A stretch of DNA of 39,028 bases, taken from Intoshia linei. Lineage: Eukaryota > Animalia > Orthonectida. Numbering within the stretch: the first letter of the stretch is position 1; every line of letters starts with the position of its first letter. A program made the position numbers and the translations under genes. The stretch is taken from contig LWCA01000218.1 in the NCBI GenBank assembly GCA_001642005.1, positions 1 to 39,028 on the forward strand. The letters run 5' to 3'. Shown here in pieces: positions 12,115-25,069 of this stretch. The notes below the pieces were generated by a model. It searched no databases and was not told the origin of the DNA. It saw only the letters and a list, made by a program, of their open reading frames with translations.

Positions 12115-15100
12115 ATGAGTGTTAAATCAAACGACGTGGATGTTTTACAGAGTGACACCATGTTAAATTCAGACAATTTAATATCTCATGTATCTGAATC
12201 TATAGATAACCCATCAAATTTTAATGAAAATGATAGTGAAATATCTGCAATTTTCATTTTAAGTGACCCTCTATGTTCTGAATCAAAGTGTGAACAAATC
12301 ACTCAATTGACAACAGGTTTATTCAATGTTGTTAATTAATTAAATTAATTTTTTAGTCGTAAATTTATGGAAATCTTGCCACAATTTACATGTATCCGCT
12401 AAGTTTTCATCTTTTTTGGAGGTGTGCTTGACTAAAAAACGACATGAACAAAATATCTCTTTGCTTAGACGTGGTAAATTGGACATTGATTTTATTTAGT
12501 CTAGACAAATTATCTATTTAATCCATTTTTATATTTTGAATCCAAATAATAATTTCATTGCATGAGGTATGCCTCATTTCTGTAATTCAATTTTTTATAA
12601 AACCTAATTAATATTTTTCAAACATTATATGAAATTTTTTTATGATATTAATACATTCTATTGATTAATACATACCTTATGATATATAATTTCCTCAAGA
12701 ATTAGTTTGAGATGTTTGGATTGTTTTTGATAGCTGTATGAAATATGAATCATAATTTCGTAAATAATGATAAATACGTAATAAGTATAATGCGTTTATA
12801 AATTTAAAAAAATTATTTGATTCCTATACCTTTAAAGTTTAAACCAATCATAAATCAATTTTTTAACGCAGTTTGTACTTTGTTTGTACTTAATTTTATA
12901 AAATTAAAAATGACTGGAACATTGCGCCTTTATATATTTTTTTTATACAGGCAATATTTTATTATCATTTATATTTCCCTAATTTTAATCATTATAAAAT
13001 TTCAAATTAATGTGTAATGTATTATTATTATACATGTTACATATTATGACATGTAATGTTACTTTTTTAATATACATATTTAGGAGGTAGACAAGTCTAT
13101 TGGGAATCTCTGGGATCAAAATTGGTAATATTGACGAATCCATCAGAACGAACTATAAACAAATGGCTAATAAATCTAATAAAAACTGATTGTCATCACA
13201 TACTATTATCCTACTGTGGACAATACGCATGCTCGTCAAAAGGAGAATGGTTATTACAGGATGGTTTATATTCTCAAGAAAATTTGATTGAAATTTTGGA
13301 AAAAATATATAAAACCAATCAAAACTTGAAAGAAGGAACATCATTCACATTTGCATCTTCTTCAATGTGTTACATGGAAAAAATTAAAAAATTTTTTGAA
13401 AAATTAGATTCCAAAAATTTAGCGTATCATCAATTTAATTTAAATTTAAAAATTTTAAATTCTAATGATTGTGATAATTTTAAATGCAATCCCCACAGTA
13501 AAGAACCAAACAACATTAACAAATTATGTATACGCGCTTATTGGAAGAATTATATTGATGTAAATAGAATTACATGGGAATATCAAGAACTTTTACTTAC
13601 CAATCATTTTGCTAAATTTTTAGATTCTTTATTAGATCACACTTCCATAACAGATTTACTTCAAGATTCTGATGTCATTGGTAATATTAGATTCAACTCT
13701 CCAACCATTTACATATTTCCTTCTGGAAATTCAAATTCCGCAATATTTGGCATATCAAATTTTACTTTAGTTCTGGATATAGGATATCAAAGATTACCCC
13801 AATGTTGGAATTTTATACGACATTTGGATCATGTAGATTCCCTTTTTTTGTCACCTATAAATTATTCCAATTTTTTATCGGTCAATTCCATTTTAGAAAA
13901 AATGCGAATATCTAATTTAAATTTTCAAAATTCAATCATTACCAATATAGTATACAACCGGCAAAAATTTCAAACTAAAAAAGAATGCAAAACAAAAAAT
14001 AATGTGAACAGGATTGACGACAAAAGAAAATCGCAAGTGGTTATTTCAAAAGTCAGGTTAAACTCCAAAACTGAGAAGCCCATAAAAAGAAGTATTTCGG
14101 TTACACCTATAAAACGTTCCAATATTTTTGATAGAGTTAAAAATAAAAATATCAAAAAGGATAAAATTACTAAAAAAACAAAAAATGATAAAATGAATGA
14201 ACAAAAATTGAAAGAACCTTTAAACACCAAGCAAAGTAAGGAAATATCTGTTAGTTTGCGCGATTATAGTACGTTGGCTTGTAGTATTGATGAATATTAC
14301 TTAGATAACATTTATAAAGAATTGGATAAATATACGGTTCATTTTTCAAATAAAACCGATAAAGATTCAATTAATTTGTACAATCGAATCGGTTTCGGTT
14401 CATTAAATATTCATAAATTGGACGAATTGCCAGAAAAACCAGATTTCAGTAAACCAAAAAAAATTTCCATTAAACCTAGAATTAAAAAGAAGGATAAACC
14501 AAAACATGAATCCGATCAATTTACTCTAAATACAGGGATATTACTTGTGTGGATACCGGGTAATAAAGACTCTCAAATTGTGAGAATTTTAATTCCTGGA
14601 GATATGGATGGATCTACTGTATATAAAAGATTAAACTCAATCCCAAATAGCGATTATTTACACTATTCAAACGGTGTAACTGAACATGTTCATTCTGAAC
14701 CACACAATGAAACATTAAATTGTAAATCAAAAGAAAAAACTAAAATTCGAACAAAGTCTTCTTCGTCTGTGAAATTGAACAAACCAGGTAAATTAGAAAT
14801 TACAAACAATACAAAATCCAGAGACAGAGAAATTAAAAATCGGGATATTAATGCACCTAAAAAAATAAAAAATAATAATTCAAATGCCATTACAATCAAA
14901 GATGCAAAATTAAAAGATGAAAAATTGAAATTCATTAGAAAGCAAGATAAAAGGATTGAAAAAAGGGCATCGTCAAGCATTCGTGATCTGAAAACAGATA
15001 AAACAACTAAATCACTAAAAATTGCCGTTAAAAACACTTTAAATTCTGATAAACCGAAAATTAGACACCGCACAACATCAGCATATAATTTAAAGTCTAA

Positions 15101-16427
15101 TAAGGACAAGAATGCAAAATTAATGAAATCCAAAAACGAAAAGTTAAAAAATGAAAAAAATAAAAATGATGAGAAAAACCATGAACAAGTGAAACTAAAA
15201 ACGAAAATAAAAGGAATTATAAATGAAACTAATTCCATAAATGAGTTAAAAAAGGAAGATTTAAAAAACAAATTTTTAGCAATAGTAAACTCGGATGCTG
15301 AAACAAAATTTAATTATGAAAATTCTAGTAAACATTCAGGAAATATTGACCAAAAAATATTAACCACAAATATTGAAATTAACAATTTTAATCCCGTTGA
15401 ATCTAAACAAAATCAAAGTCCAATCGAAAGTATTGTTACTGAATCACAAATTGAAAAACATAAAAATACAAATTCAAATTACAAATCAATCACTCAGAAT
15501 TCTGAAATCAGTTCAACAAAAAACCAAGATCAGTACGTAAATGATAAGAATAAAGAAATTGATTTTGAAATGGGTCAAAAAGATGAAGACAACGAAAAAA
15601 TCTTAAATACAGAAAATATTAAAAATAACCAATATTGTGACTTTAACAGTATTAATGAAATGTTGAATGGACAGAGTGGTAAAAGTGAACTAAATCAAAA
15701 TGAAAATGATACAAAACTAGAGTTAAATAAAAATTGCATTAAAGACGTTAGTCTCGAAAATACATTAAATAAAGATAAAACTGATTTATTGAACGATTTA
15801 AATGGTATTTCAAACTGCAAAATACTGTCAGACTCAGTTGAAAACCATCTAGCTCAAAATTTCCAAGAAAATGGCATTGACAGGAACGGTGAAAAATTTC
15901 CATCTGAAATACCGTCTATATTATTGGAAAATCCGATAAAATCTCAAGATTCTCCATTCTTAGGCCTGCCATTATTAAAGCCCAAAATTGTAAACTACAA
16001 AAGTAAAACCAAAAATTCTACATCCCCTGAAAATACACTAACATTGGAAAAATGTCTAAAAAACCTAGATTGTATATATGTTGATTTGACTTATCTACCA
16101 AATTCCAACAATGGAATAGTTGGTGACATTTCAAAATATGTTCAAATAATCAGAGCTAAATATTATGTTATTAGCGCATTGGAAATTTCTACAAAATTAC
16201 TCGATTCCATGGTTGAAGGTATTAAAACTTGGAATATAGAACCAAACTGTAATATAAAAGTTACCATCATACCAACACATTACAATGCACACGTAGAACA
16301 ATGGAACAATAACAATTCTCAACTTCTCAAAACATGTGGAATCAATCTAAGCACCTCTGCTGAAAAATGTTCAATACAGATGCTTCATAAAAACATGTCT
16401 TGTTTTTCAAAAAGAATTGAATTTTAA
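12115..16427 (+). CDS. MAP1: Microtubule-associated protein 1 family (MAP1/futsch-like)
   Basis: Exons 12115-12316, 12357-12473 and 13084-16427 join through phase-1 junctions. The N-terminal MAP1 blocks are LVILTNPS, HILLSYCGQ..GEWLLQDG and PTIYIFPSG..AIFGISNFTLVLDIG..CWNFIRHLDHVD. A Lys-rich middle region follows, then a C-terminal light-chain domain (YVDLTYLP..IRAKYYVIS..VTIIPTH..KRIEF). Confidence 0.9.
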
Positions 16428-16486
16428 TAAAATTTGAAGAATAAAACAAATTTATTTGTTAATATAATACGATTTGTAATTAACAT

Positions 16487-18141
16487 TTACAAAACCGAAA
16501 TAGGTGTAGGTTGAAGTTTAGATCGTCTAGATTTGTTCAATTTTCGATAATCTCTTCTTTGAACTGTGAGGTATTTCTGATTAATACTGCAACTTTCTAA
16601 ATAATTTAAACAATCAAGTTTTAGCAATTTTTGATCTTTTTCAAAATCTTTTATTGGACCATTCTGATTCAGATTCGGATTAATATTTGTATTTTGATTA
16701 TACAATACTTTTGGAACAATTTTATGTTCAACAAATTGTGAAGCTGTAGAGGTTTCATTAGAAAAATGGGCATTATCTATAAAAATTTGATCTTTGGGTT
16801 TTTCAATTTTTGGTCGATTAATATTTGGCCAATGTGGATATCTTTTAATTGTATCCACTTTATAATTGTAATCTTTTAGCAATATTTCATTTTTAATTTG
16901 GTTTAAATTTTCAAAACTTTCTTTTCTAATTTTTTTATGAATTTTGGCGACTTGGGGTAAAGAATTTTTTAATTTTTTTCTCCCTTTTTTAAAATGAAAT
17001 TTAACTCTTTCTACAATAGATTCAATTTTTTCCTTGTCAACATGATTTTCACCAGTTTGAAAGATTGACATACTGTTTCCAGTATTCTTTGATTTTATGG
17101 CTGCAGCTTCCACTTTCAAAGATATGTCGTGTGGTTTAAGAATGTAATCAGATTTATACGTTTGAACCCATTCAATATTACCATTACCTACTGCTAGATT
17201 AGAATTTACTCTGTAAATTATGGGTCGAGTTGAATGCCAATTTCTATAAGAATCTTTCATTATCGTACGTTTATCGTGTAGTTCTTTTTGTATTACATTT
17301 TTTTCCATGTTTAAATTTACTAGCGGAACTTTTTTTTGAATTTTCGTTTTACCCTGCGGAAATTCTAAAGGTACAAAAGCGTAAGGCAATTTTTCAACAA
17401 TTTTTGTAGTTAGAGATTTCTTTTTTATTAACGGTAAATTTTGATTTTCGAATCTGTCAGATTTTGAACAAGATTGATCTAAATTTTTTTTAATTAAGAA
17501 ATGTTACGTTACATTGTTGGTGTGATTGAATCAAATTGACATTAGTTGAATCTACTGTATTTATACTCGTAATTGTTTTACAATCTTCATTATCATTTTG
17601 AATGGTATCTAAACATAATTGGAATAAGAAGCATGTTAATAATAACGGAAAGTTGGTACATTTGTAATTGGAAAGTTGCAAAATTTTAAAAATAAAAACC
17701 TAAAATGTTGTCAACTTGAAAATTTCCTATCTGTTTGTCTAATGGAGGTATTTTACAAAAAAAATCATCGGTATAAGTAGATTTATGAAACATGCGAATT
17801 TTGTTTTTATTTTCAGAAAAATTAGTCTTGTGAATTTTGATACATGTTGGTATTTCAATTTCTTTCACAGCTTCTTCAGTAATTTCATCACTTAACAATT
17901 GACTAATACAGACATTTTCTAGCTTTTTTAAATTCATTTTGTCATTGATGAGTAAATTCAAGTTTATGGGTTTATATTCCCTTTTATAAGTCGACATGAA
18001 ATTTACATTTTTGTCTACCTTTATTGGTCTCGTTAACGGATTCATTATCTCACCTCCTCCTACCTTGAAAAAATTTAATTTCTTCACATCATATGCACCA
18101 TACTCAACTTCTCTCATTCTCGCATTAGTCTCCGCATTCAT
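16487..18141 (-). CDS. Uncharacterised ~509-aa protein with repeated (S/T)TY..(D/E)(Y/F) motifs; candidate SAXO/Mn-motif axonemal microtubule protein
   Basis: Exons 18141-17700, 17608-17513 and 17478-16487 splice in frame (introns of 91 and 34 nt). Motifs include FMSTYKREYKP, KSTYTDDF, RTIMKDSY, VQTYKSDY and LTVQRRDY. The family assignment is by motif resemblance only. Confidence 0.7.
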
Positions 18142-18799
18142 TTTTAAATTTATATGTAATTTTGCTTAATCAATGTACAATGTATATTAAACATTAAATA
18201 CACAGATTTAAAAATAAATGGATCAAAATGATACTATTCATATTTTTAATTTTACATTTCGCTAGGTTTGGCTTAAATCATTATCTATGTCATTTATTTC
18301 AAATTGTTACACATTTTATAGTCAAATCCCGTTCAAGGAATTTAAACAATAGATTGTTAAATCCACACATTTATTATATACAATAGTAAACGTTACTTGA
18401 TTTATTTGTCTGTATGCAAGTTACAGTATATAACTAATTCACCATTTATGCATTTTGTATTCTAAACACCATTCTATTATCAAATTTCTTAATTCTAAGC
18501 AGTTAGTCTAATTACACGTATGCTTCATAACATTCATATAGATCAATATGAGATACATTAAAATTATTATGATTACATTTAATAGCTTCATTTTTCTGTT
18601 TTCACTTTTAATTGTTTGTTTTTACAAACTGAGTGTTAAACTATTTGAGTTTATAAATATACACATATAATTTTACATGTAGAGTATTATTATAGTCATT
18701 GTATTATGACAACCTTATTCTCGACGGGTGTTTATGAAATTTTTAATTGTACAAAGTGTTATCGATATGAATTTTATTGAGAAATTTTTGTGAATATTA

Positions 18800-19266
18800 T
18801 AAATCTAAAATTATCTACGCGATTTTTGTTTGTGTGTGTGTGTGTTCAGCTTTATGTAAATAACTACCAGTCTCAGAATTTTATAAAGTTCACATTTCAA
18901 TTACAGTTTTTTCCGGGATGTATAATAAGATAAATTTCAACCTCCCAAACTCACATCTTACGGGTCAAAAACCCCTATTTCCCTCTTTTTGAAAATCAAA
19001 CGAGTTGGAGAATTTAAAAAAATATATACGCCTGATGCGGACTTTAAAATCATGAACATTATCATAAATTTAAATGCTGATGCGGATTTTAAAATCATAA
19101 ACATTATCATAAATTTAAATTTAAAAAAATACACTGATGCGGATTTTAAAATCATAAACATTATCATAAATTTAAATTTAAAAAAATTTACAGGTGGTAA
19201 AGTTGTATCCTGTTAAGATACACAGAAAATTTCAATCCGAATAAGTGACGACTTCACGGTCAAAAA
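18800..19266 (+). mobile_element. Non-autonomous repeat element with a (TG)n microsatellite, internal tandem repeats and a terminal hairpin (DINE-1/HINE-like)
   Basis: A (TG)n tract lies at about 18830-18845 and three internal repeats at 19032-19186. The 3' end GTGA-CGACT-TCAC forms a small hairpin before an A-run, and this end recurs at 2101-2185. The left boundary is approximate. Confidence 0.55.
19032..19186 (+). repeat. Three tandem units of 45-57 bp (CTGATGCGGA[C/T]TTTAAAATCAT[G/A]AACATTATCATAAATTTAAAT)
   Basis: Units start at 19032, 19077 and 19134. Confidence 0.9.
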
Positions 19267-20000
19267 AGCATTTTAGTATTCATATTTTTTTTTTCGAAAT
19301 ATTTTATTAAAACAAAAAATGTGAAATAATTAACTGTCAGAAAATTAAAAAAAAAATTATTCTGATAGAGCTTATTCCAGTTGATATAAATACAAAAGTT
19401 GAACCAGAGAAATCTACGCATTCCCGATATAAAAATAATTTTTAATATATTACACTGCCCAACACCAAAAAGGTGCAAAGATGATGAATACATCATCTTT
19501 TTCGTCTCAATGAACTGGTCAACGCTATAACAATATTATTTTTCAATCACGTCCAGATTTTTTTTAATTGACGGTAAAGTTGCAAAAATATCAACAATAG
19601 GGGGTTTTCAAAGCCATCTTAAACACAATTAGAAACGCCAACTATGTATTTTATGTAGCATTATATTTTGTTTAATAAAAAATATTATATTTAATTATTT
19701 ATTTTTATTTATATTTAATATAAAATTAAAAACTAACTTATACATTTATATTATACATGTAGAATGAACTAACATTTATTTGCTTCTGAATATTATAATT
19801 ATATTTTTTTTTATATATTCCGCTACATTTCATTCAATAGTATTCAATTCTGTTAATAATTTAAAAAATTTTTCAATTTTCTCAATGAATTTTGGAAATT
19901 TAGTGACATCTAACCTCTTTTTGCAGTGCCAACATTTTTAACGTCAAATAAAATTTGTAAAAAATTCGGTAAGCGTGTAAATCAATTAAATACATGTAGG

Positions 20001-20270
20001 TAGAGCCGAACCTATCAGACTTGAAGCTATCGAAAATAAAAAATTTATATATATCAAAAATTTTCCAAAACGATTCGCATATCCCCTAGCAACCTCTTTA
20101 AGACTCTTGACTTGACATTTTAAATTGAACACACAAAATAGTTATGATATTTAAGAATATAATTTTCTAATGCTTAATTTCTAATTTAATTTGAAAAAAT
20201 GAGTGCCCCTTTTTACCAAAAATTTTGTCAAGGTCCCTAAGAGGCATCGGATACGGTAGGTTCGGTTCTA
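20001..20270. mobile_element. MITE with TAGAGCCGAACCTA / TAGGTTCGGTTCTA termini (TA-flanked, Tc1/pogo-like)
   Basis: It has near-perfect 14-bp inverted termini. The internal block CAAAATAGTTATGAT recurs at about 25430 and 35030, and related termini occur at about 31783, 31990 and 35142-35152. Confidence 0.75.
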
Positions 20271-20929
20271 CGTGTAGATATAAATTAGTGATTGTAAAAA
20301 AGCTCAAAACAGGTTAAAATTAAATTAATAGTGCGTCATTTCCATTGTGGGTCATTACATCGGTCAACTGATTGCACTCAAATGTTTAATGAATGTACTC
20401 AAATATATGAAAATTGAATAATTATTGTATATTTACTAACCAAGTACAAATGCATAATTAAAAAAACTGACACTGTCTACAAAAAACTTGAAAAATGTAA
20501 GTACAGTATATCACATTAACAACTCCACGCTTTGTTGGTGTACATATGGTTATTTGTTAGCACTATTTATCTAAAAATTTAACCAGAATTCATTTATTTA
20601 TAAAAATAGACAAATATATATCAAAATGAATATCAACACAAAACTGGAACCTATTCGCATTCCGGTAAATGAAACTTAGCATGAAAAAAATTTACATTTC
20701 TTTAGGTTCTTGTTGAAAAAAGACCCATTGTCAAAAATACTCAAATTTATGGCAAGAAAAAGGTAATTGTAAAATGATACAAAGTAAAGTGTAAAGTGAC
20801 AAAATGATACAAACGCGTGTCATTAATTTAACTTAAATCTGCCCAAAAATTTAATAAAACATTATGGGACGCTTTTTAAAATCATTAACATTGTCGTTAA
20901 TCTCAGCCTCAAAAACGCATAGCTTCATG

Positions 20930-21115
20930 GTCAAAACCCATCAAATTACCCTTTTTTTTAAAAATAAATATTATACATAAACCTATGGATTTTGCACCGC
21001 AAAATCAAAAATATGGAATTACAGTTTTTGACCATTATTCAAAATGGCCTGAAATAAAATTAATTAAACCAACAACTGAAAATATTACTTCTTTTCTTGA
21101 AAACCCATTATTTTT
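20930..21115 (+). pseudogene. Degenerate LTR-retrotransposon (Gypsy-like) integrase core fragment
   Basis: From 20985 it reads MDFAPQNQKYGITVFDHYSKWPEIKLIKPTTENITSFL. This matches the rve integrase pattern Y.L..vD.ySKwpe....T...i.fL. Confidence 0.7.
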
Positions 21116-21370
21116 ACTATTTTATGATTTCAGTTAATATTTTTTAATCTTGTTAATCTTTTTATGATTGCAACTTTTTTAATAATAACAATAAAACTGA
21201 AGAAACTGAAATTAAAAAATAAATACATTTGGTAATAAATAAAAAATTTCGTTAATATTTTCTATTCAGATTCAACTTAAGTTTAATTTTATTTAATAAA
21301 TTCGTGTCAATAAATTTTGTGTCCTAGTATTTTTATTAAAAGTATTATATTATCGTTCATTCACGTTGAA

Positions 21371-22969
21371 ATGACTGCTGTAAAACCAAAAGTAGTGTAC
21401 TTTAATGAAATTTAATATATGTTTAGGAGGTTCAATATACAATCAGAAGATTAATAAAATCATTAGATGAAAAATCTACACCACTTGAAGCTAAAGTTCA
21501 AGATGTAATTTTACCATTTATATCATTTTTTTATATCATTATATCTATAGGCTTTTTTGGAAATCGACAAAATATCCGATTTAAGGACTAAATTAGCTGA
21601 ATTATATTTTATTAAAGCTCAGGTTTAACCGCTATTTTATTTATCAATTATTACGAATTATCTTACTAATATTTTTTCCTTAGGAATTTAATGTTGATGG
21701 AAAATTTGTAATTGTCATTGTTGTACCATTCAGACAATGTGAATCATATCGAAAATTAAATTTGAGACTTGTCACTGAGTTTGAAAAACGACTTAATGGA
21801 AAAACTGTCATTATACTGACAGATGTAATTTTATTATCTACAATTTTAATGAGGTTAATCATATTTTGTTTTCCATATTATTAATAATCACATGATTAAT
21901 TTTATGAATGTTTGGGCTGTGAGAAATTGTGATTTAAACAAACGTTAATTTGAAATTTGATGGATTCATTACTAAGCCGTAGTAGTATTTTAATGTCTTT
22001 TCTGACTAGAAAATTTTAATTTAATTTTTGGGTGTATTTTATTTTGAGAGAAGCATGATAGACATGATTTAAGCAAATTGGGTCAGATTGGAGATATCAA
22101 TTAATTTTAATGTCTTAGTCTTAAATTTAGTTGAAGAGCCTTTTTTTCGGTTACTTTTAATATAAGGACTTTTGTTTTATTATTAATATATATTTAGCGT
22201 AAAATGTTAAACAAACCCAAACGTGGAAAGAAAATGACTGAAAAACAAAAACGACCAAGAAGGTATATTTATTTATTTAAATTCAAACCCACTGTGATCA
22301 ATTTAAATTTGCAATTAGTAGGAACAATTTTTGTATGATGATTCATCAAATTTTTGGTTACCTCAAATGGCATTATCTAAATTGACTGATTTATCACCAC
22401 AACCTATACGTGTTTAAAGTAATTGTTGCTAAAACTGCTTGTCTGTAACACTTTATTGAAAAAAATGACATTACATTTTATTATTTTTACTTCTAGTTTA
22501 AGTAAATTAACTGCTACTTTCAATTAAACTGAAAATTATCTAGACACCACTTAGAAAGCACCTAATACCGCCTTATAGGGTAAAATAATAAATAAAGCAA
22601 AAAATAAAAATCATTTTGAATTGATTTTTAAAAAATATTCTCGTAGCATAGATTTTTAACATACAATACAGTTTAAGAAGTATTAAACTTCTAATAATTT
22701 AGTCGAACACTTACAAGCGTTTACGAAAATATGTTGGAAGATATTGTCTATCCAGCCAGAATTGTTGGAAAAAGAATTCGAATTAGTACAGATTGTTCTA
22801 AATTGTATAAAATACATTTGGATGAAGGAAAAAGATCGTACAGTGAGCCAAGGGTATTATAGTTACTGTTTATAATTTATTTGTCATTTAGGCTTGGGCA
22901 TATAAACACGTATACCAATGCTTAACTGGTAGAAAAATGGAAATTCAATTCCCTCATGTTTTGGTCTAA
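21371..22969 (+). CDS. RPS7: 40S ribosomal protein S7 (eS7)
   Basis: Exons are 21371-21391, 21427-21504, 21551-21622, 21684-21824, 22198-22262, 22703-22853 and 22892-22969. They encode [46 protein letters not shown] and VYQCLTGRK. Confidence 0.95.
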
Positions 22970-24547
22970 TTTGTAAATGAATAAACATTTTTAAAGTTTT
23001 CATTGTAATATAACCATCATACGTTCTTTTTTTTTAGGAGTGATTTTTAACCTGTGGATATTTACTAGTGTTTAAGATCGAATTTTTTTTATTTCAGAAA
23101 TAATCTGGTTGTCTTATCATAACCCAGTGATCTGAAACATTTGAATACATTAAGAAGAAAACATTTAATGATATATAGAATAACAAACGAAGTACGATGA
23201 CGTTTTGATGTTTTTATAAGGCGAGCTGAAGAGACGATAAACGCCATCGAGTATTGAATCGGAATTTATATTTTCCAAATTATCAAACTTTCTATGCCCA
23301 AAAAGGATCAAATTAGACTTTTTAGTGTTTAACGCATTTTTATTTGTAGGTCCGGTTTTAATTTTTTGAACCGGTTTGCCGTCTTCGTGTTTTTGGAAGC
23401 ACTAGTATTTACCCACGAGTGGGTAATTTGATATTTTTCATGGGTTGTTCATTTTTTCGTTGTAGGCACAATAACGTATAAAATATAATTTTTCCCACTG
23501 AGTCTTTCAGGCAAAACCTAATTTCTCCTTTTATTTTACTATTTTCTAAAATTAGTTTTTTTAAATTGCTTATTCTAAAAACCTGACCATCCAATATCCA
23601 GTTAAAAAGAATTATGGGTAATATAAAAAATTCTATAGTATGGGTGATGTAGTAAAAAAGCTTGGGAAACACTGATCTATAGCGATATTCATTTCAGCGA
23701 TGTATTGTTAGAGCGACAAAATCATCGATTTAAATAATTTATCATTGATTTTTTGACTAAATTTTTGTGGGTTTTTTTATGTTGAAAAATTTTATTTACC
23801 CTATTTTTTAAAGATTTGAAGATAATTTTTCGAGCAAAATTTAAGTAGGGTTATTAATTATTTTTCACTCAATTTTTAAAGATCCCATAAAATATTCACT
23901 TCAAAATATTATAGAAATATTCCCTTAAAAACTATACCAAATCTTGTAACCAAAAGTATCTTCAAAACCTTAAAAATTGAGTCATAAAAATTTTTTAAAC
24001 AAAGAAACCCACAAAAATTTTTGCCAAAAAATTAAAAATTGATAAATTATTAAAATCGATGATTAAGTCACTCAACTGAATGTTCACCACCTATCATAAA
24101 TATACACAATAAGCTCTTATAAAATTATTTCATTTGGTTTCATTTTAAGATTACTAACATTGAGGATTTATAGAAGAATTTCTTAAACCATCTGAATCAG
24201 TACATGAGTGAATTACGATAAAAAAATATTTAAATTTTTATCAAATTATATGGCAGTTTTAAATGAGTCACGAGCTTGATAAACTTGTAGTGTAATATAT
24301 TCTAGACTCTAGACTTAGTACAAATATGCATAACTTAATCTTTAAGTCTTAAAGGTTTGTTATTTTTAATTATAATGAAATTTTTAATTAATTATAGCCC
24401 AATTAACAGTGAGCCATCCAAAATGTGGCTATACGAAATAAAACTACATAAGTTGTAACTTACTTTCTTAAAACTACTGTAGTAAAACATAAAATGCATA
24501 GTCAATTTGAATATAGCATTTATTGATACAAACAAATTATCGTTCAA

Positions 24548-25069
24548 ATGGTGCGTTTTTATGAAATTAACATGTCATATTCATTTAGGGAGCTTTCAAA
24601 GTTAAAGATTTAAGAAAAAAGAACAAGGTTGATCTATTAAAGCAGTTGAATACTCTAAAAATTGTAAAATTTGACTTGTTAAAAAAATTTTCAAATTTTG
24701 ATAAAAATCTAATTCTAAAACATAGGAATTGAGCGAATTAATAATGCAAAAAACTTCAAGCTCTTCAGCCAATAAATTATCTTTGATGTAATTTTATAAA
24801 TTTAACATTTCAATCTAAAATTTATCCAAACGTTTAGAAGCGTTTTGAGAAAAAGAGTTGCAAAGGTTTCTACCGTAATTCATCAAACTCAAAAGGTTAA
24901 TGCTGTTAAATTTTATGAATCGAAAAAATTCAAACCGTTGGATATTAGACCTAAATTGACTAGAGCTAAACGAAGAGAACTGACCAAAAAACAAAAAAAT
25001 GCAAAGACCTCAAAGGAATTGGCTAAACTTCGAAAATTCCCCAAAAGGGTGTATGTTTTAAAAGAATAA
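24548..25069 (+). CDS. RPL35: 60S ribosomal protein L35 (uL29)
   Basis: Exons are 24548-24550 (ATG only), 24589-24663, 24726-24787 and 24838-25069. They encode KVKDLRKKNKVDLLKQL..LKIELSEL, RKRVAKVSTVIHQ and KPLDIRPKLTRAKRRELT. Confidence 0.95.

Noticed and set aside
12505-12566. Exon-like segment in MAP1 intron 2
   Set aside because: All frames contain stops, and direct splicing from 12473 to 13084 gives a continuous MAP1 match.
13153-15271. Minus-strand ORFs 13153-13344, 13970-14230 and 14690-15271 (Phe/Leu/Ser-rich)
   Set aside because: These are antisense shadows of the Lys-rich MAP1 exon.
19032-19186. CRISPR-like repeat array
   Set aside because: There are only three near-contiguous units with no unique spacers and no cas genes, in a eukaryotic context inside a dispersed repeat.
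18958-19216. Repetitive ORFs on both strands
   Set aside because: They are a by-product of the tandem repeat.
23100-23672. Possible minus-strand gene between RPS7 and RPL35
   Set aside because: Short open frames exist, but no consistent splice path or recognisable homology was found.
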